A DNA stretch of 64,000 nucleotides, from NCBI RefSeq assembly GCF_009914755.1, contig NC_060937.1; one strand, 5' to 3'. Made by a program: the position numbers and the translations under genes. The DNA is from the human T2T-CHM13v2.0 reference genome, Homo sapiens. This document shows positions 32,695 to 47,659 of this stretch, one piece after another (the stretch's first letter is position 1; each line of letters begins with the position of its first letter). The notes beneath the pieces are model-generated. The model was not told the origin of the DNA. It saw only the letters and a program-made list of their open reading frames with translations, and ran no database searches.

Positions 32695-35529
32695 AATATA
32701 TTCTCTTTCTACTACATCTTGATGCTCTGAGCCTGCCTACTAGTCATAGATAGGTCCTGACTTCCTGCAGCTTCTCCTCACTCAATATCTCTGAGAAGCC
32801 TTAGAAGTGCTTATTCAGGAATCGAGTGTCCCCTAGGCCACCCTGTTGGTGTAAGTCAAGTCTACTTGCCCTAGGAGTCCCAGAAGGGAAGCTTATGATG
32901 GAAGCTCCAGTGCCAGAGGCCATGTGTGGCCATCACTCCACCACCATCCTGTGGTCACACTGCTGTTTCTGACTATGGTGTCACTGCTGCCATTCTCCTC
33001 TGGCCCAAAGGTTCTCACATTGTCTGTAACCAGGTCTTTCACAGCAGGCTCCCACACCACAGTTGTTTGGGTCCGAGTGACACAAACTCATTGACATCTA
33101 GCAGAGCACTCAGGGGCTCCAGGGATGAGGGGTATTGGGTCAAAGATGACCACACAGAGGGCTGGGACCCTCTGACATTAAGTATGAGAGTCAGGCAATG
33201 CTCTCTGTTTACTTCCAGTGTTCCATGTTTCCCTCCCTGGAAGGCAAGGGGCATTGTTTCACACACATCAGTCTAAACCTGAACCCTATGGCAGTTCAAG
33301 ACCTCTCCCAGGGGATCTTGGGCCCCAGGCAAATCAAAGATACATTGGGCTTCTGCTCCTGTGGCCCTGAGTAACTTGTGGTGGTTAGTTACTGAGGCTT
33401 AGTTGCCCAGTTCACATGCGGGACATCTAGATGTGGTGGTGTCCTTTTTTCTAATGCTGCAGGGACAGTGAAAGGAGTTCTCAGCTGGTGTTGTAGCTAA
33501 GATGAGCTAATGTCTGCATTAAATATGTAACTTCTAGAAGCTTCTTTTTTTGGTACCATGCTAACTTGCCCTTGTTTATATTACATAAATTTCCTTAATT
33601 TTTTTTTTACTAAATAACTTTTTCATTTTCAAATATTTCCACATGAAAATAATGATCTCAGGTGAAACTAGGTGGGCATGATCTCTTGTTCTCCAATCCA
33701 GCCAAATCAGGGAGTTACTCAGGCATGAACTCAAGTACTGGCATTTTGTCTTCTGAAATATGATTTATAAACCCTTCAAACCTATAAACCCATTGTAATG
33801 AATTGTTTCTTATATATACAATGCATTTAAAAATTTATCATTAACATTCCATGGAGTCAACACCATCTCATGATGGCACCCAAATCACCCTTTTCTGGTA
33901 TAAATACACCGTATGTTAAGTTTTATATTGCACAGTTTTAGGTTTCCTTGAGTCTATATATTAATACTATATACAGTTTTCTTTTTTCTAAATATGGACT
34001 AAGTGGAATGACAGCAATAATAAGTAACTGACTGCTCACCCATAATGTCAATGGTAAAGAGTGATTTTCATGGTGTACTAGGGTGTATATTTTCTGGTGA
34101 GAAAGTTGTATCTAAGAAATGACCTAGAGCTTAGTTGCTTATTTCCAAACTGGATATACCTCAGCAGATGATACACAAGATGACATAGTGGGTCACTTTT
34201 CAAGACGGCATCATGAATTTCAAATCTACCACATGAGTTTAAGACCATACATTTATCTTAGTGAGATGCTTCATGTCATTTTGTAAAAGAAAAAAAAGGG
34301 CTTTGGCATTCTTAAGCTTAAGGCAGCAGAACATGGTAGAAATAATACTGGTTTGGAAGTTGAGTATTCCTGAGAACTAATCCCCAGCAACTACTAACTG
34401 TGTGAACTCACTGATCTCCCTGAATCTCTGTTTACTCTTGTGTAAAGTCAAATGTTATTAGGATCAAAGGAGCTAATGCAGAACCCATGGCTCTGGGAAC
34501 AAGAACATGTGCTAATGGCTGAATAATCAACTTTTCTTCAAATGTACTTAAAAGTGTTTTCTTCCTATAAGTGTTACTCCACCCTTCCTTATTGGCTGCT
34601 AATTATTTCTTCCTAGCCAAGCCATAAACTTTTGGGGCCAGCTCAAGAATACACATGGAGGCCCATATACCATATGTCTAGATGTTTACAAGCTACAAAT
34701 CAGACTAATACACTGCTAAATTAAATATATACTGTCTTCTAATTTGACAAATCTACATTTGCAATGGCTGTATGAATTTGGCATTCTCAGACACTTTGCA
34801 TGATGTGGTGGGTGGGGAGAGCTGGCTGCAGCCTCTGGCCCTTGGTCTGTCAGTTTTCTTCTCCAATTCCCAGCTCCCACCCACGCCATGAAGATCCGCA
34901 GGCATTTCTGTGAGGATACCCCGGTTCACTCTTCCTTGCTTCTTCCACGTGTCCCATAAACAGCTACCTCTTGACCATGGATTGAGCCTACCAAGATGAA
35001 AACCAGAGAATGGGCACAGCCTCCCCTCAGGAGAACAGAGTAGGGAAAAGGCCACACAGGCGCTGGGTGCAGAGAGGGCCACGAAGACAGAAAATTACAG
35101 GATCCCAGATACCCAGAGTATGGTCTGGATGTGAGGCTGGGGTGGGCCAGGCTCCTAGTGGATGTGTTCTTCTGGTTCTATGGACTTTTCATTCTATGGG
35201 GAAAGGAAAAGTTAGAGAAAGGCCAAGGTCAGTTCCTTCAAAGCACAGAGCTCAGGGCTGGGATTGTCTTTTCCAGATTGAAAGGCAGTGCTTTCCAGAT
35301 CTTATCTAAACACATACACGTCATATTTGTCAAAAATGAACTCCAAAGATGTTACTAGCCTTTAATATGGTAATACATGTTGGGAATGTCCAAGACTTTT
35401 GACTGTGGGCCTGAACGTGTGTGTGTGTGTGTGCATGTATGCTTGTGTGTTGAACACCTCCAAAGGACAAAGTATAACAAAAGCTATTCTAATCTCTAAC
35501 ATCAAGTAATATTTATTCTTCTTCCTCCA

Positions 35530-37107
35530 GCTGCCTCTTAAATGCAGGGGAATTCTATCATCACCTGCTTTTATTATCTTGTTCTATATTCTCGCTGGAT
35601 GATTTCATCTATATCCAAGGCTTTAATCATTATCCATACTCCAGTGATTCCAAACTCTCCACCTCTCACCTCTTTCCTGAGCTTTATACTTACTACTGGA
35701 CACCTTCACCTGGATACACAAACGGCCCAGGAAACTACATGTTGAAAACTCAACTCGTCCTCTCCCTCCAGTCTTTCCTATCCCAATCTGCTCCTCCAAT
35801 GCTTCCTTTCTCTCAGCCAGTGCTCCATCACCTAACCCTCCTTCACAAATTGCCCTGGCCATAACCCTAGAGTCATTTTTGATTATTTTCTTGACCGCAT
35901 CTCCTCTCCGATTTATCCCCCAATTTTGTGGATTCTAGCTTCTTAGTATTCCTCCAGGCTCTCAGCTCTATTGTTTTTTTCAGGGGTCTTATCATTTTTT
36001 GCCTAGATTCCCACAGCTTTCCCTTTCCCCAATCTTTCTTTTACATTCCAATGAGAGTATTCATTTATAAATGCTAGGTAGTTATAAAAGATTGAGGAAG
36101 CTTTCTATGTACTGACAGGGAAAAATCTCCAAGATCTATTATTAAGTAGAGAAAAAAGCAAGGTGTAGAACTTGTAATAGAGTATGTTATGTTTTATGTA
36201 AGAAAAAAGGGAAATGAGAAATATATTTATATTTTTGCATTTTTAAGCAACTAATGAAAGTGACTATCTGTTCATTAGGGGCATTTGAGATGGATGTTTT
36301 GGGGCAGGAATGAATATGAGATAATTTATCATATGCCTTTTTGATTTTTTTGATTTTTGAAAATGTGAGTACTAAATTCAAAAACTGAAATTTCAAAAAT
36401 TATTCAAAAATTTAAAACATATATAAAAACTACTATATATTAATCATTATTACAAAATTATTACACATTATAGTATATAATATATAACCATAAAACACTT
36501 AAGAGTGAAGATACATATCTAGTCATGCCATCGCTTTGCTTAAAATGTTTCTGGAGTCCACTATTACCTTCAGTACCAAGTGAACACTATTTAGAATGAC
36601 AGAAATCTTTCCAGGATATGGCCTTTCTCCACTTCTGAAGCCACATCTCCCCACATGCTAATATATTTCATGTTATTAGAATCAAAGGAGCCTATAGCCA
36701 TATTGAATGATATGATTATTCACATCAGATATTATGGTCTGAAATGCCCAAGTGTTTCCACTATTTGGAATTCTCATTTTGCCCAACTCGGTCTGCCTGT
36801 TCACACCAACTCAGTCTTTAAGATTTGTTTCGAATCTTCTTTCCTCTAAGTTGAATTAAGCAATTCTCTTCTCTACTACTTTATCACTCTGTAGCTTTCT
36901 TTCTAATTGCACTCACCTCTCTGTACCATAATTATTGACTTACATAACTTGATCTAGACTGTGCATTCATTAAAGATGAAAACTGTCATATATTTCTCTC
37001 TGTGTCTGCGGTATACCATGTATAGTCCGCATATGACTGGATAAATGAATCTATAGATGGAAAAATATATGAAAGAATAAATGAGTGAGTGAGTGAGTGA
37101 ATGAATG
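35530..37107 (+). mobile_element. L2 3' region interrupted by an L1ME-like fragment (~36060-36420)
   Basis: Pyrimidine-rich L2 body (aaaactcaactc…ccctagagtcatttttga) ending in a (TGAG/TGAA)n tail. Confidence 0.6.
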
Positions 37108-38455
37108 GGGAAGAATATTTACAATGCATTCATCTCCCTTACAGGTGCCTGCCATGGCCCAGATCAAGCACATGAGAGGGTGTTATTGTTTTGCACCTGG
37201 TTGTTCAGTGCACCTGACTCACAGAGTCTTGATTTTGCTGTAGCTTCTCCACCTAATCTATGTTGTTGCCAATTCCTCATATCTAAATCAGAATTATCCT
37301 TTGAAAGTGAGTTCCAAATGTTTTCTTCCCTGACCTGAATAGTTTAGCTTTATATTTTCATTCCACTTCAGCTTTCTGAGAAAGGGTCAATTTCTCAAAT
37401 GATCTTTCCAAATATTATCTGGAGCAATTTCTGTTGAGAGAGATTACAAAACTCCAACCTTTGTGTTAAGGTTCAGCCTTGGAATGAGAAGACAGAAGAA
37501 AGAAAAAAAATACAGTGCGGGTTTTCTTCATAAATAAACCTCATGTGTAATGATCAAACACAGTATCTCATTCTCTACCTAAAGCTGCCAAAAAGAAGAG
37601 GAGAGCAAATCATCATTTTGGGAATTGAGAGTTAAATTACTCCATAGTTCACAGAACAAGTATCCATCTAAAATTGAGAATTATTTTTTAAGTTTTAAGA
37701 ATGTATGTTTAAAACTTACTTTTGGAACAAACTTTTTTGGAAAGACATGATCTCTCCAAATAATACCAAAAGACTAATTTTGATTCACAAAATCTAAAGT
37801 AAAAGAGATCAATAATTAATCGTTTAGGCCAGGTTATAAGTATCCTAGATTCACAAGGAATAGGCAGGTTAATTTGGAACTTCAAGCAGAATCCAGCCCT
37901 CTCATTTGCTTCACAGACAGCAGATCCCTGATGTGGGGCTGCCCAGAGGACCTTGTGAAGATGGTTGCTGCTCTGGTCTTGGGGTGGAAAGAGCCCAAAA
38001 CCCTGGGCCACTGGCTTCTTTCTCCAAGGATCTGGTTTTTTTGGATGAAATTTTCTATGTTGATGCTTTTTCCCTTAAGTGGCCTCTGGGCCCTTCGATA
38101 TCACAAGTTCATAAAGATTTTAATATTAAAAGGAATTCTGCTCATGGACTGCACTGAGAAAAATTATCCTCTTGGACCCAACTATTTGAACTCAACTGCT
38201 TATTTTTAGCATTTTAGGTGAAGTTTCATGCTTTGTCTATTATTGTTCTGTTGAGAAGTAAAGACATTTGATTAGGCCATATTTCCAGTACTGTTTAAAA
38301 CTGAATTAGAGAAGGTGCACTCTGAAAGATGTGTTAGTTTTAGGATTTCCAACTAGTGGCTAAAGCGCCCTAAAATTAAACAACTTGCCCAAGGCCAGTA
38401 AGTGTTATAACCTTAGAGTTTTGGACTGAGATTTCTGCACTTATTAATGTTGCAT

Positions 38456-38486
<31 letters not shown>
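38456..38486. repeat. Interrupted (CA)n microsatellite
   Basis: CA run with one aa interruption. Confidence 0.9.
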
Positions 38487-41400
38487 TCTATTGTACACAG
38501 TAGGGATGTAGTTTGTTACCTATTATAAGTTGAGCAAAAAATGCTAACTATGTTTTTAAATGTCATAGTCCTCAGGAATGTGAAACCCATAGAGCATTTA
38601 AGCTTCTATTTTTCTAAAGACTAAAGGATGATTTTAATAAAGATGTCGGTACCCATGAAAGGTATCAGATAAACAGATAAATAGATGCTCCATTTATTCC
38701 ATTTATGCACAGAATAGCTACTCAGTTCCTGTTAGCACATGTCTTTCTGGTAAAGTCAGGGCACTTGAAGCATTTCAATACTCTGTTGGGAGGATAATTT
38801 GTGTTTCAATAAAGGAGCTTCCTTTGGGGGGATTTGAACTAAGAAATTAATTCATTTTCAGTAGGATTACTAAGTAGATCTTCCTGGAGCACAGAAGTTG
38901 TAATGACAGTTATGACAATACCTTACATATGATAAGCCTGCTTGTTGCATAACCTTCATGCTTTGCCAACATGGCCTCACCCCTCTCATCTTACATCCTT
39001 GGACAGGCACTGGGGTATATCTGTCTGTGTGATTTTTTCTGTGTATACCTTCTTCTGTACTTCAATAAAGTTGGTCTAAGTACTAAACATGGATTTCAAT
39101 CAGTGATTTATTGATAATTCATCCAGTAGTCCATTGTAAACCTCATCTGTAATACTATTTTGGGCCTTCTCTTGAGTGGATCCCATAAGAAAACATTTGT
39201 TAGCTTTTAACTCTCCAGCAACTTCTGTCAGGTTTGGGCTCCCTGTCCTTGGCTGTGAGGCTGCTGCTGCAGGCCAGGATAGCATGGATCAGAAGAGGTG
39301 TAAATCTGACAGCCAGAAGTCAAGAGAAAAGGGAAATATACAACCATAATAGTTTTGTTTTGAGGAAAAACAGGAATAGTCATAATGAGTCCCCAAAAGG
39401 ACATTTACTTAGAAGCAGATTTGAAACCTGGCATGTAGGGCTAGTTCTAGAGTTAAATATAACTCCATCGCATGATCCAAATATGGATTTATGAGTCAGT
39501 TTTGAGAATTACATGAAAAGCTTTTCATAAAACACGTATTAAAATATAGAATTATTAGTGTTCTCTATGCATTCCATTGAATTATTTAGTTCACATACTG
39601 TGGTTCTGCAGCATTCTCGTACATAAATACAAAACAAACATCCATCTACGCACATTAAAAAGGCATTATTGGTGCTTTATCATAGAAATTTTCTAGTCCT
39701 GTTAATATCCAAAAGCTTTCTTTTCAACCTTGTGATTATGGGATGATCTTCCATTTAAACTAAAATTGCATCTATGAGGTTCAAGCTATTCTTAAAAATA
39801 TAATACTGTTTGCATAATGTGAGAAGTCTTGATTTAGGGCTGAGGACAAAAAACAAGCGGATAATTTCTTGTAGCAAAAAAATCAAGCAATGTAGCAATC
39901 GAAGGTAACCTTTTCTCAGTGGTTCTCACCACGAGCATTGGTCAGCCCAAGTCCCGAACATTCTAAAATGAGGAGAAAGGTTGCCAGTTCTCCTAAATGG
40001 GAAACTTGCAGAGAAGAGAGTTGGACTAGGAATTGTGAAAACCAACCAGCTTTTTGGTGAGCAGCCAATAGCCTTCTTGTTGGAAATGCCCAAGTCTTTC
40101 CCAAACCATTTGGCTCACCTCCTGACGTAATTGCTTCTGTAAAAGAAATATTTAAATGGGCTGGAGTGATGGTAATGGATGGATTTCAATTACCAGGGCA
40201 CATACTGGATTACTTTAAGTGGCACAAATTGGCCGTGAGGCAAACTCACAAATCAGGCTCAGCATAGCTTTCCAGTGCAGTATGTCTCTCTGAAGGTAAC
40301 ACTATGTGCTCTTAGGTAATGTAAAACAAAGGTTAGGAGTCAGGATGTAATTGGAGCAGTTATTCTATTGGGAAACATACATTATAATTTCAAATGTGGA
40401 GTAACGCCAAAATGGTTGAGCATGCTGAAATAATGATCAAGGGGCTCTAGGTAAGTTTGAAATGATGTAAATAATTTAAAAAATTCATGGAAATATATAT
40501 TGAAAAATATTTGGAGAAACCAATTAAAAGCGGTTGGAAAGTTTTAGAGCAAAATATAATATCTTGCATATCCAGCCAATAAAAAGAATTAGAAAGTTTG
40601 CATTTAAATACTTAAGCAAAATAGAATAGAGCTTAGCACTAAATGTAGTGATACATGTTTTACTGAATAGCTCTCACATCATTGGCTGTGTGTAAGCAAA
40701 GCCTCCTTATTTGAGTGCTAAGGGATTTAGCTGGATCTGTTTCCAGTCACAAGGCTAGCTGGCACTGTGTAGGTTATACGACACACTTCTCTTTCCTGGG
40801 ACTTTGCACACTGTCCTCTCCTTTGCATCTTGCCTCTTTGCTTTCTTCTTGCACAGATACTCTCCTATTGCATCTCCTAAACTCACCAGTCCTCCTCCTT
40901 CTCCTCCTCCTCCTTTCTAAAACCCTACCTCTGTCCCAAGACTGGCTTCCTCTATGAAAACCCTGCTTTCATTTGGCTTACCAGCCAAGGCCTCCCCGAC
41001 TGGACTGGCATCTTCCAGACTTCCTTATTTCGTTTTTCAAGTTACCTTATATTCTACCTACTAAGCTCTTTTGCTACTTGGTCAAGTCAGCCAGGTAACA
41101 CATACATATTTTATATATGATTTTTTTTTAAAGTGTGATTCAAGATGACTGTAACCACCTATACCAGGAAAATAACAATAATTAAAATAAAATATGATAA
41201 TGGTACAAAAGTAGGCATATGTGTTGATAGTAAAAGAGGCCAGAAAGGGAACCTAATGAATTTTGAACTATAGTATAGCTAAAATTTACAGATCACTTAC
41301 TGTGTGCCTAACACTAAACTTATTCCTTCCATCCTCTCTGTGACCTGAAGGGAGCATCATTAGAGATGAAGGTGCTGAAAGTTGAAGTAATTTTCCCAAG

Positions 41401-41709
41401 CTAGCTTCATCACCTAGAGCTGGAACTAATATTAGATCCAAGCCACTGGGCTCTAGAGCTACATCTTAACCTTTGCACTCTACTGCATCTGAAAAATGAA
41501 GTTTAATAAAACAGTTGGGAAAGTCATTATTGACTAATAAGCATTTTAGGTATAATTAGCTTTTTGGTATTTTATACCCTAAACCTAAATGAACTAGGAA
41601 AACTGTTACATGCTTTTTAAGCCATGGAAAAACACTGGAAACCACAATATAGAATTCATTTCAACTCTGTTAGGAATGATAATTTTCTAACTATTGAACA
41701 ATAGAAAAT

Positions 41710-42003
41710 GCCATTATCCTCAGCAAACTAACCCGGGAACAGAAAACCAAATACAGCCTGTTCTCACTTATATGTAGTAGCTAAATGATAAGAATACATG
41801 GACACATAGAGGGGAACAACACATACTGGGGTCTATGGGAGGGTGGAGGGTGGGAAGAGGGAGAGGATCAGGAAAAATAACTAATGGGTACTAGGCTTAA
41901 TACCTGGGTGATGAAATAATCTGTACAACAAACCCCCATGACACAAGCTTACCTATGTAACAAACCTGCACATGTACCCCTAAACTCTAAATAAAAGTTA
42001 AAA
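41710..42003 (+). mobile_element. Short L1PA13-16-like 3' end
   Basis: 3' UTR to aataaaagttaaaa; TSD-like aacaatagaaaatg / aacaaagaaaaaaatg. Confidence 0.92.
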
Positions 42004-42559
42004 CAAAGAAAAAAATGTTACAAAGTCACACATTTGTCTATAATTTATCCTTTATACTATTGACTTTTAAACTTTATTACTATTAAATACAATAAAACAC
42101 AACTTTAAAAAGCCAACAGAACAGGAAAGTATTTGTGATAAATGTGATTAATGAATTTATACTTCTACTATATAAAATGCTGGAATATTTATAAAAATAC
42201 AAAGGTCTCGATCAGCCAAACTGGCAAAGAAGATACACACAAGGGAAAAAACAAATAACAATAAATAAATTTGTATTGGTCAAGCCACATTCAGAGTGTT
42301 AAAATTATTTGAACTAATTTTATTATAAAAGAAATATAGAACAGTTAAATATGCTACAAAAACCAATTACAATGAAGAGACTTGAAAATTTTTCAGAGGA
42401 GGAATGAGTGGTGAGGTTACTGAGCAAAGAGGAGCTGGAGGTCTTGGAGAGGAGCAAGCAATGATACTGAATGATGTGTCCAGGTGACCATGCCTGGCTC
42501 ATGGGGCTGCCTGACCTGGAGCTTGGAAGAAGGCTCGGAAACTAGAATGAGGCTTATGG

Positions 42560-42768
42560 CAATGGACCTCAAACTTTGAGGTGTATCAAAATCATCTGGG
42601 AGGTGCATCAAAATGACCTGAGAGCTTGTTAACACCTGGATTGCTAGGCCCCACTCCCATAGTTTCTTATTCAGTCAGTTCGCAGCAGGGGCGATTGCCC
42701 ATATTTCTAAGAGGTTCTCCAACAATGCCAATGTTGCCAGTCTGGGGCTCGCACTTTGAAAACTGCTG
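42560..42768. mobile_element. MER5A-like hAT-Charlie element
   Basis: ctcaaacttt…gcatcaaaatgacctgagagcttgttaa…cactttgaaaactgctg. Confidence 0.7.
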
Positions 42769-43957
42769 GCTTATAGAATCACCTGCAGACATAACAACCA
42801 AAGTGTAATGAAATCAACAGTGCAGCAAAGGAAGGGTGGCGAGAGAGATGAGGCAGGCATAAGGAAAGAGGAAAGGATTGAGAGACAGACAGGCAGAGAG
42901 AAATAGTAGGTACATAAGGAGCCTGCAAAAAAAAAAAAGTGGGGGGGAATTTCTTCACAGCAGAGAATATCTAGCTAGGGAAGCTGAGAGGTGCTAGAGA
43001 CAATTCCAAGATAGGGCAAGTGCTATTCCTCAAAATTTATCATCGCCATTACCACACCCCTGGCCCTGTCTTGTTCTCTTCCCTTCACTGGCAATCATTT
43101 TGAATGACTAGAAATCTGCTACAGCTTCTCCCTCCTCCACCTTCTCCTCTAACTAGTCCACATTCCTTATTTCCTGCCTTCACCTCTTCATTGCAATTAC
43201 TCTTTGAAGTCACCAAATCTGCAGATCTGCTGTCAGCTCTGTATCCTTGACACAACAGCAGTGTTTGATAGCTCTGTCCACTTTCTTCTTCCTTAATTTT
43301 CATGACACACACTAACCTGGTTATGTTTCTGAATAGTGAGCACTGAACTGCATCTTTAGTTTTCTCTTTGTTTGCAAAAGGCAAAGTAGACTTTACTGTA
43401 TCAAGTAGAGTGAATGATCCTCATTACCAACGGGAGAAAAGGTGCATTTCTATATCATAGGTGCAAAAAGGAATATGTTTGGAACTCAGGGTATTCTCAG
43501 AGGCAATAATTAGCACTTTTTATCACTCAGGGGTAAAAGTTAATAGAAGAGAACAGCCACCCAGCAGAGGCAGGAGCACCAATAGCTCAGACTCTTCAGG
43601 AAAGAAGGAAAGATCATCCTACCAAGTAAAGAACCAAAGAACCAAGAGGCACTGAAGTGCTGGCCGATGACAATGGGAGCCTGAACTGGGTCACAAAAGA
43701 TGCAACTGAATGGCTTCATGACCGGTTGCACAAACAAGGACTAGAGTTGCTATGCACAGGTTCTTCTGTGCTTTATGTACATATTTGCATATATTAGTTT
43801 ATTTCCACCACTATGCCACACCCACTGTATTATATAAGATGTGTTTTGTGGAACTATTAAGTTTTGTCTTTGAGTTACAAGAAGTCAAAGGCAAGTGTGA
43901 CTAGACCCAAGACAAGTGAATATCTCCCAGAAATGGAGAATGTGACTGGTGAGATTC

Positions 43958-44326
<369 letters not shown>

Positions 44327-45215
44327 TAATACCTATCTGAATTGCCCATTTGTTTTTGTCCATTCTAAGCCTCATCAAAACTTGTAATGATTTTCCTTCT
44401 TTAGCTGTTTATTATTCTTTATTTGCCTATCCCACCAATAGGGAAGCTTCAGAAATAGTGCCTGTGTCCAATGTACATATTTACATTTAGCACAGTGCCT
44501 GACACACAGTAGGTAATTAATACGGTGGATCGAATGAATAAATTGGCACTAGTAGGAATGGTGGGCAAGAAGCTAGTTCAGAAGGGTTTCGGATCCCTCA
44601 GTTCTCTACACAGCAGCCTCTTAAATATGATTGGAAAATCAAATGCTTCAAAGTCACAATATGTTGCAGTTTGGAGTAAAGCTTTTAGAATAAATTCTTC
44701 TAAGATTCTCCAGAATCTATTTGTGTTGTACCAGAGGACATAGTATATTCTGCCCCATTTGATCAATGAAGATAGTAACATTCTGTATTTGTCATTTAAT
44801 ACATATTTATTGGGTATCTGTGGTTTGCTATGCACTGGGCACACTGCAGTGAGCAGGCTTGACAAAGCCTTTGTGCTTATGAAGCCAACATTCTAGTGGG
44901 GAGGACGCAGGCAAAATATTGATCAACAAAGAAATAAATGGGATAATTACAGCTAGTGAAATGTGCTCTTAAAAAATTAAAACAAATTGCTATAGTGGAC
45001 AGTGCCCAAAGGGGACACTTCTTTGTGTTAGGGAAATCAGGAAGGTTTCTCTGAGGAGGTGATTTTTGAGCTGAGATCTGAATAATACAAAGAAACAAAT
45101 CAGGTGAAAACAAGACTTCCAGCAACAAGGAAGCCACTGTGGCCAGTGAAGGGGACATGGAAAGTGATGGGGACAGAAAGATATACAGAACCATGTCACA
45201 TGGGGCCTTGGAGGC

Positions 45216-45632
45216 TGATACAGTCTGGATGTTTTGTCTTCTCCAAATCTCATGTTGAAATTTGATCTCCAGTATTGGAGTTGGGGCCTAATGGGAGGTG
45301 TTTGGGTCATGGCGGCAGATCCCTCATGAATGGCTTGATGCTGTTCTTTCAGTAATGAGTTCTAACTCTATGTGTTCATGTAAGAGCTGGTTGTTTAAAA
45401 GAGCCTCATACCCCCTCCCTTTCTCTCTTGCTCCCTCTCTTGCCATGTGCCATACTGGCTCCCCTTCACCATCCGCCATGCCTGGAAGCTCCCTGAGGCC
45501 TCAGCAGATGCAGATTCCAGCACCACACTTCCTGTACAACCTGCAGAACTGTGAGCCAAAATAAAACTCTTTTTTTTAATAAATTACCCAATCTCAGGTA
45601 TTCCTTTTTAGCAATGCAAATGAACTAACACA
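45216..45632 (+). mobile_element. MSTB-like MaLR solo LTR nested in L2
   Basis: tgatacagtctggatg…gaactaacaca; perfect TSD gaggc. Confidence 0.92.
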
Positions 45633-45754
45633 GAGGCCATGGTAACATGTTTGGAATTTAGTCTTAATATGATTTTTAAAAATCTACTGGAGAATTTTAA
45701 ACAGTAAGTGATATGGTCTATTTTACATTTTAGAATAATTGTTCCATAAAGATG

Positions 45755-47655
45755 TTAAAGATGGTTGATTGCTCACATGTGTTTTTTTTCCTCTTGTTCC
45801 AAAGACTTTGCTGAAATAACAGCAAAGGAATAAAAAAAGGCATAAACCTTTAAGAGCAATGAGGAGAGGTGAGGAGACAGTAGGAACTATAACAGTAACA
45901 TATATTTTTTGGAAAATGGAAATAGATGGACAGAGGAATGAAGAGTGAGCCAATTCTTACTGTCCAAGACTTGAAGGCACAAGGTATCATGCAGAGCAGG
46001 GTGGGTAAGCTTCTGAAAACAGGGATTGGATGAAAATTTGTACATGAAACTGTTAGTCTCCAGATGCCTGTGCCCATCAGGCATTGAGAAGATGCCCTCT
46101 ATGGCAAGAAAATGAGCATGTATTCTATGGAGCATTTGGCTTTAAGTGGCTAAGGAACCAGGGCACATGGCTGAATGAAGGGTGGGTGTGTGCAGCTTGG
46201 GGATGAAAACAGAAGATTAATCAAGAGCCTTCACACGGATTAGGGGAATTCTGAGACCCCCTTTACCTGCCTGTTGTGTGAATGTTGGCCCATACTCCAC
46301 AGGAAAGAGACTTGGGGAAATTCTGCTTAGATGAAACTGAAAAGTCCCAGAGAGCACATTTTAACATAATTCCCAGACTGCATGGCCTATAGTGAAGCCA
46401 CCACTTGGCCAGTCTTGATTGTGGACTAGATCTGGTTTCCAAGCACCATTCAATGTAAACAAGGAGATAAGAATCATCACACATTTGAGAGAAACCTCCA
46501 ATATAAAAAAGAGAGCTCAAAGCAAATAGAAAAAATAATTCTAAGGGAAACAGAAATAAATCAAAGAACAGCATAACAATTTTTAAAAATTGTTAATATC
46601 ATTAGAAAGATAGGATATTGCATACCTAATACAAGATCAGGGAACTGTAAGAAAGGAACCAACATAGAAAGAAAGTATTGATGAAATAAGAAATACAAGA
46701 AAGGCGATAGAAAATAATGTTGAAGAAATCTTTCAAAAAGTTGAACAAAAACAAAATGATCAAAAAAAAGAAGAAAAGACAAGACTTGGCGGACCAGAGT
46801 GTTTAACATTTAACTCAGAGTATTACAGAGAACTAAGAAAAGAGAGAAAAAGATAGTATGAAAAAAATTATACAAGACCATTTCCCCCTGTTAGAGGATG
46901 TGAATCTTTAGATAGAATAGTTTTACAGAATTTCCAAGAGAATGAATACAAAAGACCCACTGCAAGACACACCATAATGAAATATAAGAGCATCACGAGA
47001 GGCTTTTAGAAACTTTCAGATAGGAAAAGACAGATTACAAAGGAATAAGATTTAACATACCTTTCAACTTGCCAATGCTAATGTCACCGAGAGAAGGAAA
47101 TGAGGAATGCTTACAAAGTATCAAGGAAAATATTTCCGCCTAGGATTTTATGCCCAGCCAAATTATCATCAAGTTTGAGGGTAAATTAAAATTATTTTCA
47201 GACATTTGAGTCATCGTATGAGGTCCCAAAAACTTACGTCCACAAACGAAACACAATAATATGTACAAAAAGGAAACTACTTAGCTCTAGAGTGAAAAAC
47301 TAACAATTTAAATGAACAAAATAAGTCACTGATAAATTATTTAGTAATAAAATAGTAACATTATTCTGAAATAAATAGAGAAGGGGGGAAGGGTGGTATA
47401 AGAGAGCTAAGTCTTCACCAACCATAAAAGGCGGCCAGTGAATAATACTGAAAATTCGTAAATTAAGAAATAGTAGATTATTCATGTTATTTAGCAAGGT
47501 GTAAATAAACACCAGAAGAAACATGAAAATAAAGGGTAGGGAGTTGTTTTTCAATACTTCACATAATGTACATTCATGTATCATAGTTTTTCAATACATT
47601 ATATATTTTCAAATTTTGCATACATATTACTTTCACCAAAAAGAAACAAAATTTA
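45755..47655 (+). mobile_element. Probable HAL1 (half-L1, ORF1-only element), heavily decayed
   Basis: ORF1-like motifs (agacccactgcaagacacaccataatgaaat; cctaggattttatgcccagccaaattatca) followed directly by a HAL1-like 3' end (ttaagaaatagtagattattcatgttatttag), with no ORF2. Confidence 0.55.
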
Positions 47656-47659
47656 AGAC

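Noticed and set aside
46263-46809. Hydrophobic, membrane-protein-like minus-strand ORFs
   Set aside because: F/L richness comes from reading the A-rich HAL1/L1 strand in antisense
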